From the IMG/VR virus record IMGVR_UViG_3300046823_000179, positions 1-47,285 of that record: DNA of 47,285 nucleotides. One strand, given 5' to 3'. The stretch comes from a virus. Lineage: Duplodnaviria; Caudoviricetes. This document shows, piece by piece, positions 8,851-17,207 of this stretch. The notes beneath the pieces were generated by a model that did not search any database, was not told where the DNA came from, and saw only the letters and a program-made list of their open reading frames with translations. Position 1 is the first letter of the stretch, and the number at the start of each line of letters is the position of its first letter. The position numbers were made by a program, and so were the translations under genes.

Positions 8851-9821
8851 GGCTTGGCCCTCCCGGGCGTGAGCTTGTCGACGGTCGTGGTGGTCGTGTA
8901 CGCGGCGGCGATCTCGGGCTTCTCCTCGCGGAGCCGACTCGAGTCGATCCGCCGCGTCTCGAAGATCGAGCGGGAGGCGACGAGCAGGCCGTTGGAGACG
9001 GCGCGCTGGTACTGGCTGCCGAGGGCCGAGCGGATCTGCGCCTCGACGGCCGCCACCCAGCCCTCGGCGTTCGCGCGGGCCGCCCGCGCTTCGCGGTAGT
9101 CCTCGGCGAGCTTGGGGTTCACCTCGACCGGACCCTCGCCGACCTCGGGATGCAGGCGCTTGAGCGCGCCCAACGTGGCCGTGTGGGAGTCGAGCGGTGG
9201 CGGGTCGCCCTCGGTGAGCCGGCGCACGAAGTCCTCGCCCGCCTCGCGCATCAGTTTCAGGTCGGCCTCGTCGCGGCGGACCAGGTAGGAGCGGAACCCG
9301 CCGGGTCCGAGGGCTGCGACGTGGACCTCGTTGACGCCCATGACGTCGAGCTGCCACAGCGCCTGGCACCGGTAGGCGACGGGCACCTCGTCGGTGCCGG
9401 GCTCGCCCCAGCCGTCCCATGAGTAGGCCACCCACTTGCACTCCAAGATGCCGTGCGTGACCATGCGCCCGGCCAATCGGAAGCGGGCTTTCCTGTCCGG
9501 CGTGGCGAGCTGCCAGGTGCGCTCTGGGTGGGCGTAGAGCCCAGCCCGCATCAGCGGTGGATCGCCAAGCGCGTCAGCGTTCTCGGCCGCCCACCAATCG
9601 GCGATCGTTGCCTCCAGGTGGCGACCGGCCGCCATGATCTCGTTGTCCTCGGTGGCCCAGCCGTTGACCTTCTGCCAGTACAGCGAGAAGGGCGAGTTCC
9701 ACTTCGACAGGCCCATCACCGCGGCGATCTCCGAGGCGGTCACCCCGGCCCGGCGCAGCTCATGCCAGCGGGGATTGTCCGGGGTCGCCTCACCGGACGC
9801 GAGCAGCTCGACCGTGGTCAT
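8847..9821 (-). CDS. YqaJ-like (RecE/lambda-exo type) exonuclease
   Basis: WHELRRAGVTASEIAAVMGLSKWNSPFSLY...LATPD...LECK...YRCQALWQL; adjacent to RecT. Confidence 0.9.
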   Translation of the reverse strand: MTTVELLASGEATPDNPRWHELRRAGVTASEIAAVMGLSKWNSPFSLYWQKVNGWATEDNEIMAAGRHLEATIADWWAAENADALGDPPLMRAGLYAHPERTWQLATPDRKARFRLAGRMVTHGILECKWVAYSWDGWGEPGTDEVPVAYRCQALWQLDVMGVNEVHVAALGPGGFRSYLVRRDEADLKLMREAGEDFVRRLTEGDPPPLDSHTATLGALKRLHPEVGEGPVEVNPKLAEDYREARAARANAEGWVAAVEAQIRSALGSQYQRAVSNGLLVASRSIFETRRIDSSRLREEKPEIAAAYTTTTTVDKLTPGRAKP

Positions 9822-10000
9822 CGCCGCCTCCCGACGGCGAGTGCGCCGGCGGCCGCGATCCCGGCCATGCAGACGGCCGCCCCGAGGACGTCGAGCCCGG
9901 TGCCGCCGGGACTGACCGCGCCGGCGGCGAACCAGGCGGCGCCGTAGACGCAGGCGGCGGCGATGAGGGTGCAGGCGAACGCGTTGACGGCGACCCTCAT
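9818..10000 (-). CDS. small membrane protein
   Basis: Two hydrophobic helices, coupled ORF. Confidence 0.6.
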   Translation of the reverse strand: MRVAVNAFACTLIAAACVYGAAWFAAGAVSPGGTGLDVLGAAVCMAGIAAAGALAVGRRR

Positions 10001-10239
10001 CGGGCACCTGCCAGCGTCCGGGCGGTGTCACGCGCCCACAGCATCCGCTCGGCGGCGAGCTGCGGGTGGTCCCCGAACTCGGCGGCCATCACCGCAGCGC
10101 AGCCCCGTACGCCGTTGTAGTCGCGGACGGCGGCGGCGATCGCGGCGTCCAGGACGGCCCGGTCGTGCGGCTCGGCGGCGGACAGGGTGGAGGCGAACAG
10201 CGCCTCGGCGCGGGCCACGGTCAGGTCCAGGGCGGTCAC
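9997..10239 (-). CDS. conserved actinomycete mobile-element small protein
   Basis: ARAEALFASTLS...GVRGCAAVMAAEFGDHP..AAERMLWAR motif. Confidence 0.65.
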   Translation of the reverse strand: MTALDLTVARAEALFASTLSAAEPHDRAVLDAAIAAAVRDYNGVRGCAAVMAAEFGDHPQLAAERMLWARDTARTLAGAR

Positions 10240-10571
10240 AGGACCCGCCTCGCCTTCGGGTCCGGCGTCGCGTACCGCTCGGCAGCCTCGGCGATGTCGA
10301 CGACCCGGCCGGGCTTGTAGTCCTTCGCGTGGCCACGCGGGGCGGTCGTGATCGTGCCGTCGGCGTCCAACTCGAAGTAGTCGTAGGTGTAGCTCCGGTT
10401 CTGGCCGGAGACGGTCACCGAGCGGACGACGCGGATGCCGTAGCCGTTGCCGTGGCTCTTCTCGTGCACGGCCGGGCAGAACTTCTCGCCCCACCAGTAC
10501 GAGGCCAACTGGAACTCGCGCTCGAGCTCGGCGACGGTGATGGCGCGGGGCTCGCGCTTGCGGGCGGTCAC
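10236..10571 (-). CDS. hypothetical protein
   Basis: GTG start coupled; aromatic-rich globular sequence. Confidence 0.6.
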   Translation of the reverse strand: MTARKREPRAITVAELEREFQLASYWWGEKFCPAVHEKSHGNGYGIRVVRSVTVSGQNRSYTYDYFELDADGTITTAPRGHAKDYKPGRVVDIAEAAERYATPDPKARRVL

Positions 10572-11047
10572 CGGATCACCGCCAGCATCGCGGCGGACCA
10601 GACCGCGGCCAGCGTGCCCACACCGATCGCCCACCGCGTCCACGCCGGAGCAGGCTTGCGGTGACGGCCCTGGCGCACCATGCCGCGCACGGTGAACGAG
10701 GCACGCCCCGGCGCCGCAGGACGCGGCTTGGGCAGCGGCGGCGGAGGCTTCTGCGGGCCCTGCAGCTCGCCGTCCATGTCGGCGTAGGAGCCGGCCAGCG
10801 AGTCGAGGATCGTCAGCCGGCCGGTGTCGACGACGCCGATGGTCTCCGGGATGCGGAAGGTGACGGTGTCGTCGATCTCGATGATGCGGCGCGGGATGGC
10901 GTCGAAGCTCGGGGTGGTCATGACGTACTCGCCGAGGTTCTGGGTAGCCTCGCCCAGGTCGGTGCGGAGGATGACGGTGCGGTCCTCGCCGATCGGGCGC
11001 GGGATGTCGCCGGTGTCGTTCGGGTCGCGGATGATGACGTCGGTCAT
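10568..11047 (-). CDS. hypothetical protein with C-terminal transmembrane helix
   Basis: MTDVIIRDP start with AGGAG RBS; GRHRK motif then a hydrophobic tail. Confidence 0.7.
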   Translation of the reverse strand: MTDVIIRDPNDTGDIPRPIGEDRTVILRTDLGEATQNLGEYVMTTPSFDAIPRRIIEIDDTVTFRIPETIGVVDTGRLTILDSLAGSYADMDGELQGPQKPPPPLPKPRPAAPGRASFTVRGMVRQGRHRKPAPAWTRWAIGVGTLAAVWSAAMLAVIR

Positions 11048-11093
11048 GGCTCTATGTCTCCTGGCTGGAATTCGCTGAAGTGGGCTGGAAGTC

Positions 11094-11169
11094 GGGGGGG
11101 CCCGGGACGCGATACGGGGGGCTCGCGCCCCGGGCCGGTCATGCGGTGCGGCGGGGAAGTGCCGCACCG
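11094..11169 (-). ncRNA. 6C-like two-hairpin RNA
   Basis: Two GC stems with C-rich loops (ACUUCCCC and GCCCCCCGUA) on the minus strand, intergenic. Confidence 0.5.
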
Positions 11170-11266
11170 GGTCAGTGGCGGCGGAACTGGCGTCTCAGCC
11201 AGGGGCAGCGCGGGAGGCGGTGGCCGTGGCAGCCGCAGAAGTCGCACCAGGGCAGGAAGACGGTCA

Positions 11267-11740
11267 TCAGTAGCCGTCTCCGACCTGGCACTCGATTCGC
11301 CCGCAAGGCTGGCGGTGGTCGCACGGGCTCTCGTCGACCAGGCCGCCCTCGGTCATCGCGCCGGTGTGCAGCGGCTCGCGGACGCCGATCGCCTGGGTGA
11401 TCTCGCCGTCGTCGGCCCGGGAGTAGCCGAGGCCCATCGAGTCGTACAGAGGGCAATCGGCGAAGTGCGCATCCTCGGGGCCCAGCGGGCACGTGCACGA
11501 GGAGTCCAGGTCCGGCGCGGCGGGCGCGGGCCAGATCTCCAGCGCCGACTCGGACAACACCGTCGTGCTGTCGTGCTGGCCGTTCGGGTAACGGAACGCG
11601 AAGAACGTGTGCCCCTCGCCGTCGTCCGCCACGAACCGCACCTCGGCCGGGCCCTTGTTGAACCGGTGCGGCAGGTACGCGTCGGGCACGAGGTCGTCGA
11701 CGGAAAGCTGGTCAGCGCGCATCCGCACCGGCTCGGTCAT
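11267..11740 (-). CDS. hypothetical protein
   Basis: 157 aa coupled ORF. Confidence 0.65.
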   Translation of the reverse strand: MTEPVRMRADQLSVDDLVPDAYLPHRFNKGPAEVRFVADDGEGHTFFAFRYPNGQHDSTTVLSESALEIWPAPAAPDLDSSCTCPLGPEDAHFADCPLYDSMGLGYSRADDGEITQAIGVREPLHTGAMTEGGLVDESPCDHRQPCGRIECQVGDGY

Positions 11741-12132
11741 CGCCCGGCCTCCAGCTCGGCGATGCGGGCCCGGAGCTCCTTCAGCTCTTCCTGCACGTCC
11801 TCGATGTCGGGATCGGCGATGGCCTGATAGATGGAGAGGCTGATCCGCCCCCGGCGGCCAGCTGCCGTGTGGTGGAAGGACTTGTGGTCGGACATCTTCT
11901 GCGTCTTGGCGTCCTTGCCGAGGAAGGCGTTCGCCGCCGCGTTGACCGCCTCGATGATGGCGTCTCGCTGTGCAGGCTTCGGCGGGTGACTCACCTCGGC
12001 GAACGGCTGCATGTCGAACGCGACCATCGCAGGCGGCGCAGTGCCGATCAGCTTCTCGGCGTCGTCCGCGATGAGGCGCAGCTCAGCGGCGATGGCAGCC
12101 CACGGGTCCGGGGTTACGCTCTTGTCGTCCAC
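11737..12132 (-). CDS. hypothetical protein
   Basis: 131 aa with AAAGG RBS and C-terminal coiled coil. Confidence 0.7.
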   Translation of the reverse strand: MDDKSVTPDPWAAIAAELRLIADDAEKLIGTAPPAMVAFDMQPFAEVSHPPKPAQRDAIIEAVNAAANAFLGKDAKTQKMSDHKSFHHTAAGRRGRISLSIYQAIADPDIEDVQEELKELRARIAELEAGR

Positions 12133-12208
12133 GGGATTGCCTTTCTGGTAGAGATCCGGTGGTCAAGCGGGCTGGCCCGAGGGGCATTCGGGCTGGCCCG
12201 CATCTGTC

Positions 12209-12511
12209 TCAGGGGATGAGTCGCGGCGGCGGCGGAAACGGGGTCGGCTTCGGCGGACCCGGATGACCCGGACGCGGCGGACCATCACCCGCCTCCGGCG
12301 GACCCGGGTCAGGCGGCGGGCCAGGCGGAGAGCCGGGGAAGGGGCCATCCGGCGGCCACACGGCGCCTACCAGTCGGTACGCGCCCTCTGTGAACTGCAA
12401 CGCGACCCGGGAGTTCGGCAGGGTGAAGGTGGCCGCGCCGCGCGCTCCCGCGACGCGGCCCTTACATCCCGAGCCTTCCCCCGGGACGTTCTGAACCGGC
12501 CCGCCGGTCAT
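12209..12511 (-). CDS. Pro-rich hypothetical protein
   Basis: ATGA-coupled to the upstream gene; low-complexity C-terminus. Confidence 0.45.
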   Translation of the reverse strand: MTGGPVQNVPGEGSGCKGRVAGARGAATFTLPNSRVALQFTEGAYRLVGAVWPPDGPFPGSPPGPPPDPGPPEAGDGPPRPGHPGPPKPTPFPPPPRLIP

Positions 12512-12795
12512 GCCGCACGCGCCGAACGCTCGCGGTCGGCCATGTACTGGTGCGCGGCCGACCGGCGGATCCGGATCGACGCCTGCCGAGCGTCGGCGCC
12601 AGCCATGTTGATGTACGGCAGCTCCCCGTCGTACACCCGGCGGTAGACCGTCTTGGTGCTGCGGTGCCACAGCGCGGCGACCTCGGCGACGCTCAGGTAC
12701 TCGTCGTCGAAGCGGCCCGGGCCGGCCGGGCGCGGCGGCTGCGGCGGCGGCGGGCTCGGTGCGGGAGATCCGTCCGGAGCCGAGCGCCGCCTCAT
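12508..12795 (-). CDS. excisionase-like HTH protein
   Basis: YLSVAEVAALWHRSTKTVYRRVYDGELP...IRIRRS; follows the Cro-like gene. Confidence 0.8.
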   Translation of the reverse strand: MRRRSAPDGSPAPSPPPPQPPRPAGPGRFDDEYLSVAEVAALWHRSTKTVYRRVYDGELPYINMAGADARQASIRIRRSAAHQYMADRERSARAA

Positions 12796-13055
12796 GCCGC
12801 ATCTCCCGCTGCCGCGACCGCCTCGACCGTCTCGAACAGCTGCTCGAACGGAACATGCGGCATGGCCGTGCTGACGGCGGCGATGAACCGCGCGCCGGGC
12901 GTACGGGCGCCGGTACGCAGCTGCGACAGGTGGTTGTAGCTGACGCCGAGCTTGTCGGCGAGTTCGCGATCGGTGCGGGCGCCGGTGACGGCTGCAGCCA
13001 GTTCGTCGAACTTTTCGGTTCTGAGCCGCAGTGTCGGCCTGGCATTTCCACTCAT
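12792..13055 (-). CDS. Cro-like XRE HTH protein
   Basis: TDRELADKLGVSYNHLSQLRTG..PGARFI..FEQLF; divergent from the repressor. Confidence 0.8.
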   Translation of the reverse strand: MSGNARPTLRLRTEKFDELAAAVTGARTDRELADKLGVSYNHLSQLRTGARTPGARFIAAVSTAMPHVPFEQLFETVEAVAAAGDAA

Positions 13056-13273
13056 GGAGACGACCATATGCATCCGAGGAGGGAGATGCAAGGGTCCGTT
13101 CGGCCAGGTGCAAGATTTGATCGAAGGGCTTGACTCTCTAGACGGATGCCGTAACGTTTCCATCCATGGAGACATGGAGGCTTCGCCCGCGAACGAAGGC
13201 GCGCCGTGTTTCCGCAGCTAGGAGTGACGCAGGTCGGACATCCGCGAGCGGACTGGTCCGATATGGTCTCCAC
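13056..13273. promoter_or_regulatory. lysis/lysogeny switch with divergent promoters
   Basis: Minus: TTGCAT(13091-13086)-17-TATGGT(13068-13063)-7-ATG. Plus: TTGACT(13130)-16-TAACGT(13152)-8-ATG(13166), and TATGGT(13262)-6-ATG(13274). Confidence 0.7.
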
Positions 13274-13678
13274 ATGCGGAAATCCGAGCCACTTCCCGCC
13301 TTCCCCGAGTACCTGCGAGAAGCGATCTCACGGATGGGCTACGCGACCCCGACCGAGTTCGCGCGTGCCGCCGGAATCAGCTCCAGCGTGGTTTCCCGCT
13401 GGCTCAACGGCGTGGTGCGCCCCGACGTGCCGCTGCTCGAGCGCATCACCCCGCACCTCGGCACGAAACTGAGCACGCTCGTCCGCATCGCCTACCCCGA
13501 GATCGACGACGCGCTGCCGATCGACGACGCCCCCGCGCTGCACCCGCTGGTCGCCGAACTGCAGCGCCGGCTCGGCCCGCAGTCCACCCTTTCCGCCGAC
13601 GAGCAGGACGTCCTGGCCCGCTTCGTTGATACCGTGCTTGCTCCCTACCGCTCCCGATCCACGCCGAGGGCAGGCTGA
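13274..13678 (+). CDS. immunity repressor (XRE HTH); possible longer isoform from 13166
   Basis: YLREAISRMGY.TPTEFARAAGISSSVVSRWLNG..RP; directly upstream of integrase. Confidence 0.85.
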   Translation: MRKSEPLPAFPEYLREAISRMGYATPTEFARAAGISSSVVSRWLNGVVRPDVPLLERITPHLGTKLSTLVRIAYPEIDDALPIDDAPALHPLVAELQRRLGPQSTLSADEQDVLARFVDTVLAPYRSRSTPRAG

Positions 13679-14808
13679 TGGCGTACATACGGCAACTCCC
13701 GTCCGGCCTCTGGGCCGCAACGGTCCGCACGCCGGCCGGCCGCATCACCGAAACCCACGAGCTGCGCGGCACCGTCGCCGCCTGGGCGGAAAGCCTGAAG
13801 GCCGACATCAACCGCGGCGAGTTCCTCGACCCGCGCCTGGCCAAGCGCACCGTGGGCGAGGTGTGGGAGAAGTACGCGCCCGCGCGCCGGGTCGAGATGG
13901 CCAGCCGCAAGCGCGACGAGTCGCACTGGAAGGTCTGGGTGGCGCCGCGCTGGGCGGCCGAGCCGATCGGCGCGATCGTCAAACCCGACGTGCAGACCTG
14001 GGTCAACCAGCTCGAGGAGGACGGTGTCGGCGGTTGGACGATCATCGCCGCGCTCAACGTCCTCAAGGCCGCACTCGAGCTCGCTGTCGATGCGGGGTGG
14101 ATCAAGGCGAACCCGGCCCGCCGGGTCCGGCCGCCCGTCGCGCCGGCGCACGTCGACCGGGTCATCGACGCCGACGAGGAGACGCTAATCCTCGATCGCC
14201 TGGACGAGCTGTTCCCCGAGCGCCGGGATGCGCGGCTGTTCGTCGAGACGATGCTCGAGACGGGCGGCCGGTGGGAGGAGGTCGCCGCGGTGAAGAGGGA
14301 AGCGGTGAACCTGCGTGCGGGGCTGGTGGCGTTCGGGCCGGTGATGGAGCGCGACGGCACGGTGCGGGAGTATCCGAAGGGTGCTCGGTCGCGCAACCAT
14401 CCGGCGTTCCGGGATGCGCCGCTCGGTCCGGAGCTGCTGGCCCGACTGCGCCCGATCGTGCTGGCCACGGACCCGGGTGGGCTGGTGTTCACCGCGCCGA
14501 AGGGTGGCCCGCTGCTGTACCCGACCTGGCGTAGCCGGGTGTGGATTCCGGCGCTGCGGATCCCGGTGCTCGACGAGGACGGCAAGCGCATCGGGTGGAC
14601 GCCGCTGGTGGCCGATCCGCAGCCGACGCCGCACGACATGAGGCACACGTTCGGCACGAGGCTGGCGGACGGGGGCCTCGAAGTGCATGACCGGATGGCG
14701 CTGATGGGCCATAAGGACATGCGCAGCGGTCAGCGGTACACGCATTCGGGGGATCGGCGGTTCGATGCGGCGAGGGCCGCGCTGCGCCGCGCCAGGACTG
14801 GATCATGA
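13678..14808 (+). CDS. int: tyrosine integrase
   Basis: Catalytic motifs TGGRWEE, HDMRH, LMGH, RYTH; N-terminal arm-binding region; attP downstream. Confidence 0.95.
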   Translation: MAYIRQLPSGLWAATVRTPAGRITETHELRGTVAAWAESLKADINRGEFLDPRLAKRTVGEVWEKYAPARRVEMASRKRDESHWKVWVAPRWAAEPIGAIVKPDVQTWVNQLEEDGVGGWTIIAALNVLKAALELAVDAGWIKANPARRVRPPVAPAHVDRVIDADEETLILDRLDELFPERRDARLFVETMLETGGRWEEVAAVKREAVNLRAGLVAFGPVMERDGTVREYPKGARSRNHPAFRDAPLGPELLARLRPIVLATDPGGLVFTAPKGGPLLYPTWRSRVWIPALRIPVLDEDGKRIGWTPLVADPQPTPHDMRHTFGTRLADGGLEVHDRMALMGHKDMRSGQRYTHSGDRRFDAARAALRRARTGS

Positions 14809-14930
14809 TGTGTCAGCCGTGTGTCACGACTGTGTCTCACCAGTAGAAGTGTGTCCAACTGTGACCAACTGTTTTCGCAGGTCAGCGGCATGGTCATCCG
14901 GTCACCGCAGGTCAGCGCATTGCCCGAATA

Positions 14931-14976
14931 TCCTTGACACGGAAGAGGTCACTGGTTCGATCCCAGTATCGCCCAC
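14931..14976 (+). other. attP common core, the 3' half of tRNA-Val(GAC)
   Basis: tcc-TTGACAC-gga anticodon arm (GAC 14936-14938), T-arm ACTGG-TTCGATC-CCAGT and acceptor 3' strand; no 5' half present. Confidence 0.9.
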
Positions 14977-14983
14977 AAAGGAA

Positions 14984-15015
14984 AAGGCCAGGTCACCGCT
15001 AGGGTGCCTGGCCTT
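14984..15015 (+). terminator. hairpin downstream of the attP core
   Basis: AAGGCCAGG...CCTGGCCTT inverted repeat. Confidence 0.65.
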
Positions 15016-15055
15016 CGTCGTCTCCCCATCCCGGAGATCATGTGTCGCTCATGTG

Positions 15056-15292
15056 TCACGAGCGTTTGGCGCGGTCCCGCAGAAACCGTTCGGCGAATCC
15101 CCCGTCATTGCCGCGGGGCAGTAGCGGCACGGTGGCGTACTCGGGTTCTCTGCATATTCCATCGCCGCCGGCCCGCCTGGATCCGTACTCGCGCCCGGGG
15201 AAGGTAACGCGTCCGATGCCGACGGTCTGCAGGTAGTCAAGGAGGGCTTTGAGCTGCGTTCCGTTGTGCACCTGCATGATCACCGTATGCAA
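15056..15292 (-). CDS. small hypothetical protein
   Basis: GGGAGGGG RBS before TTG at 15292; lower GC. Confidence 0.4.
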   Translation of the reverse strand: MHTVIMQVHNGTQLKALLDYLQTVGIGRVTFPGREYGSRRAGGDGICREPEYATVPLLPRGNDGGFAERFLRDRAKRS

Positions 15293-15492
15293 TGTGATCC
15301 CCTCCCACGAATCTTGACAGGCCTCCACTTAACGCCCCGTTAACCCGTGGCGCCTCCCCGCAGTGTCCCGGTAAAAATGCATGATGTATTAAGACCTTCA
15401 ACCAAACGTACGACCCCCTCTGTGCAGGCCCGCGCAATGCGGATCACCGTGCGATCACACGGCGAGGTCGCACGGCAATACCGTGCACGCTC

Positions 15493-15687
15493 ATGGCAGC
15501 GCCGCGCGTGGTCGGGCTCGCCGAGATCGCCCAGCGGCTCGGCGTCAGCAAGTCGTACGCACGCGAACTCGCCGGACGCCGCAGCTTCCCGCCAGGCACC
15601 AAACTCACGCAGGGCTGGGTCTGGACCACCGCCGACGTCGAGACTTGGATCGCCAAGCACCGGCCGCCGGCCGCCGGAGAGCACTAG
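15493..15687 (+). CDS. AlpA-like small HTH DNA-binding protein (copy 1)
   Basis: VGLAEIAQRLGVSKS...FP...VWTTADVETWI; TACCGT 8 nt before ATG. Confidence 0.8.
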   Translation: MAAPRVVGLAEIAQRLGVSKSYARELAGRRSFPPGTKLTQGWVWTTADVETWIAKHRPPAAGEH

Positions 15688-15944
15688 CCCAGCCTCTTGG
15701 CCAGCTCGGAAGCCGACGGCGCGTACAGCTCGTGGCGCCGCACCCCGTTGCGTAGCGGCTCGTCGCCCTCGCGCCAGGCGTAGTACCCCTCCCGGCGCTC
15801 GAAGTCCTTCACGTTGTTCGCAGGCATCCAGGCCACGATCCATCCCGGGTGCTGCCGCTCGACCCGCTCGCACTGCGCTGCCGCTCCGTCGGGCCATCCG
15901 GTGCGCTCGGCGATGAGGCGGCGGCCGCGGTCGGACGGCGTCAT
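15684..15944 (-). CDS. hypothetical protein
   Basis: MTPSDRGRR start, Trp-rich, coupled to upstream gene. Confidence 0.6.
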   Translation of the reverse strand: MTPSDRGRRLIAERTGWPDGAAAQCERVERQHPGWIVAWMPANNVKDFERREGYYAWREGDEPLRNGVRRHELYAPSASELAKRLG

Positions 15945-16168
15945 CACCGCCACCTGCCCGCGTCGTCGCGCCAGCCGTGCGCGAGCCGATCGGCCGGGAA
16001 CGGGCCGAACTCCTCGCCGGGCGGGTGGACGTCTGCCAGCGTGATCATGTACCCGTCGTCGACCTGGCGGGAGACGGTCGCGTAGTGCTGGAAGGCGAGG
16101 ATGTAGACGTCGTTCTCGTAGGGCGGGAGCACCGTGACGTGCTCGCCCACCTTCGGTAGATCGGCCAC
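15944..16168 (-). CDS. hypothetical protein
   Basis: AAGGAGG RBS before GTG (ADLPKVGEHV). Confidence 0.65.
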   Translation of the reverse strand: MADLPKVGEHVTVLPPYENDVYILAFQHYATVSRQVDDGYMITLADVHPPGEEFGPFPADRLAHGWRDDAGRWR

Positions 16169-16330
16169 CTGGCCGCCTCCTTCGCCGCATCGAAGGGGGA
16201 AGCCCGAGCCGGGCATGCGGTGCGCCGACCCGGACCTCCTTCGATCGGGACGGTACACGTGTGCAGTGGTCGTGTACACGGAGTCACCCGTTTTCACATG
16301 CCACACTCACGACCCGCATACGTTCAGCCC

Positions 16331-16546
16331 ATGCCAGGGTCGGCCGAAAAGGTGCAGCTCATGGGCGCATGGGAGATCCGCCAGCGCCTGGGCTACTCGC
16401 GCGGCTGGGTCGAGCGACTGATCAGCCGGCGGGATTTCCCCGAGCCGTATGCCGTGCTGCGGATGGGCTCAGTGTGGGCCGCCAAGGACGTCGAGGCCTG
16501 GATCCGCGAGCACCGGCCGCACATCGACGAGGAGCCAGAGAGCTAG
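16331..16546 (+). CDS. AlpA-like small HTH DNA-binding protein (copy 2)
   Basis: MGAWEIRQRLGYSR...DFPEP...GSVWAAKDVEAWI; TACGTT 6 nt before ATG. Confidence 0.8.
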   Translation: MPGSAEKVQLMGAWEIRQRLGYSRGWVERLISRRDFPEPYAVLRMGSVWAAKDVEAWIREHRPHIDEEPES

Positions 16547-16935
16547 GCCACGCCCTCGGCCTCGGCGAGCTGGAGCAGCATCGACCAAGCGAGGTCGTTG
16601 AGCTTCGAGCGAGGGGCGGACTTGCCGATCTCGTACACGCACTCTTCGACCATCAGGCGCTTGGCTGCGATGTCGCGCCGCCCCCGCTCCACCTCGGCCA
16701 GCATGCGCTCGGGAGCGAAGCGGGCCATGTGCTCGGCGAGGACCAGCGGCATCGTGCCCGGGTCGGTGGAATCCATGATGTCGAGCCACAGAATGCGCGG
16801 CCTCCGATGGCCGGGCTGGATCGACCAGTCCGCGGATTCGGCGTACGCCGCCCGCGCCACCCGCTCGTCCTCGTCGTACTGGCGGTCGCGCTCGTCCCAG
16901 GCGTGACGCAGCCGCGCCACCAGGTCGTCACTCAC
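16543..16935 (-). CDS. DUF6221-like protein
   Basis: DEDERVARAA...HMARFAPERMLAEV...AKR...LLQLA. Confidence 0.65.
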   Translation of the reverse strand: MSDDLVARLRHAWDERDRQYDEDERVARAAYAESADWSIQPGHRRPRILWLDIMDSTDPGTMPLVLAEHMARFAPERMLAEVERGRRDIAAKRLMVEECVYEIGKSAPRSKLNDLAWSMLLQLAEAEGVA

Positions 16936-17189
16936 GTCATCGACCGCCCCAGGTGGCGGTACACCGTCTTGCGCGTGACGCCGATGACGTCGGCCAGGTA
17001 GGTCACCGACACCGGGCCGTCCGGCTTGGCCGTGCGGACCAGCTCCTGCTTGTACTCCTCCTCGGCCTGACGCCATGCCCGGTACAGCTCCGCGACCCGC
17101 TCAGCACGCGCGGCATCCTCCGGCGTCTCTGGGTCACGTGGTCTTGGCACGCGATCAGCATAAGGGTCCGTTGTTCCCGGTTGACTCAT
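16932..17189 (-). CDS. small HTH regulator (Kor/TraR-like position)
   Basis: SVTYLADVIGVTRKTVYRHL; divergent from the transfer operon. Confidence 0.75.
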   Translation of the reverse strand: MSQPGTTDPYADRVPRPRDPETPEDAARAERVAELYRAWRQAEEEYKQELVRTAKPDGPVSVTYLADVIGVTRKTVYRHLGRSMT

Positions 17190-17207
17190 CGGCGCGCCTC
17201 CCTTCCT

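Larger units (their letters stand above)
14809..15058. repeat. attP arm-type repeats
   Basis: TGTGTC at 14809, 14820, 14831, 14850, 15041, 15052; CGCAGGTCAGCG at 14876 and 14906. Confidence 0.7.

Noticed and set aside
12256-12308. GACCCGGA repeats resembling the TraB recognition 8-mer of pSVH1 (clt site)
   Set aside because: Only two exact copies plus one variant, explained by Pro-Gly codons of the overlapping ORF and far from the ATPase gene
14809-14917. CRISPR-like mini-array
   Set aside because: Repeats are 6-12 bp and sit at attP with no cas genes; better explained as recombination sites
14931-14976. Functional tRNA-Val gene
   Set aside because: Only the anticodon-to-3' half is present, with no D-arm or 5' acceptor strand; it fits an attP core
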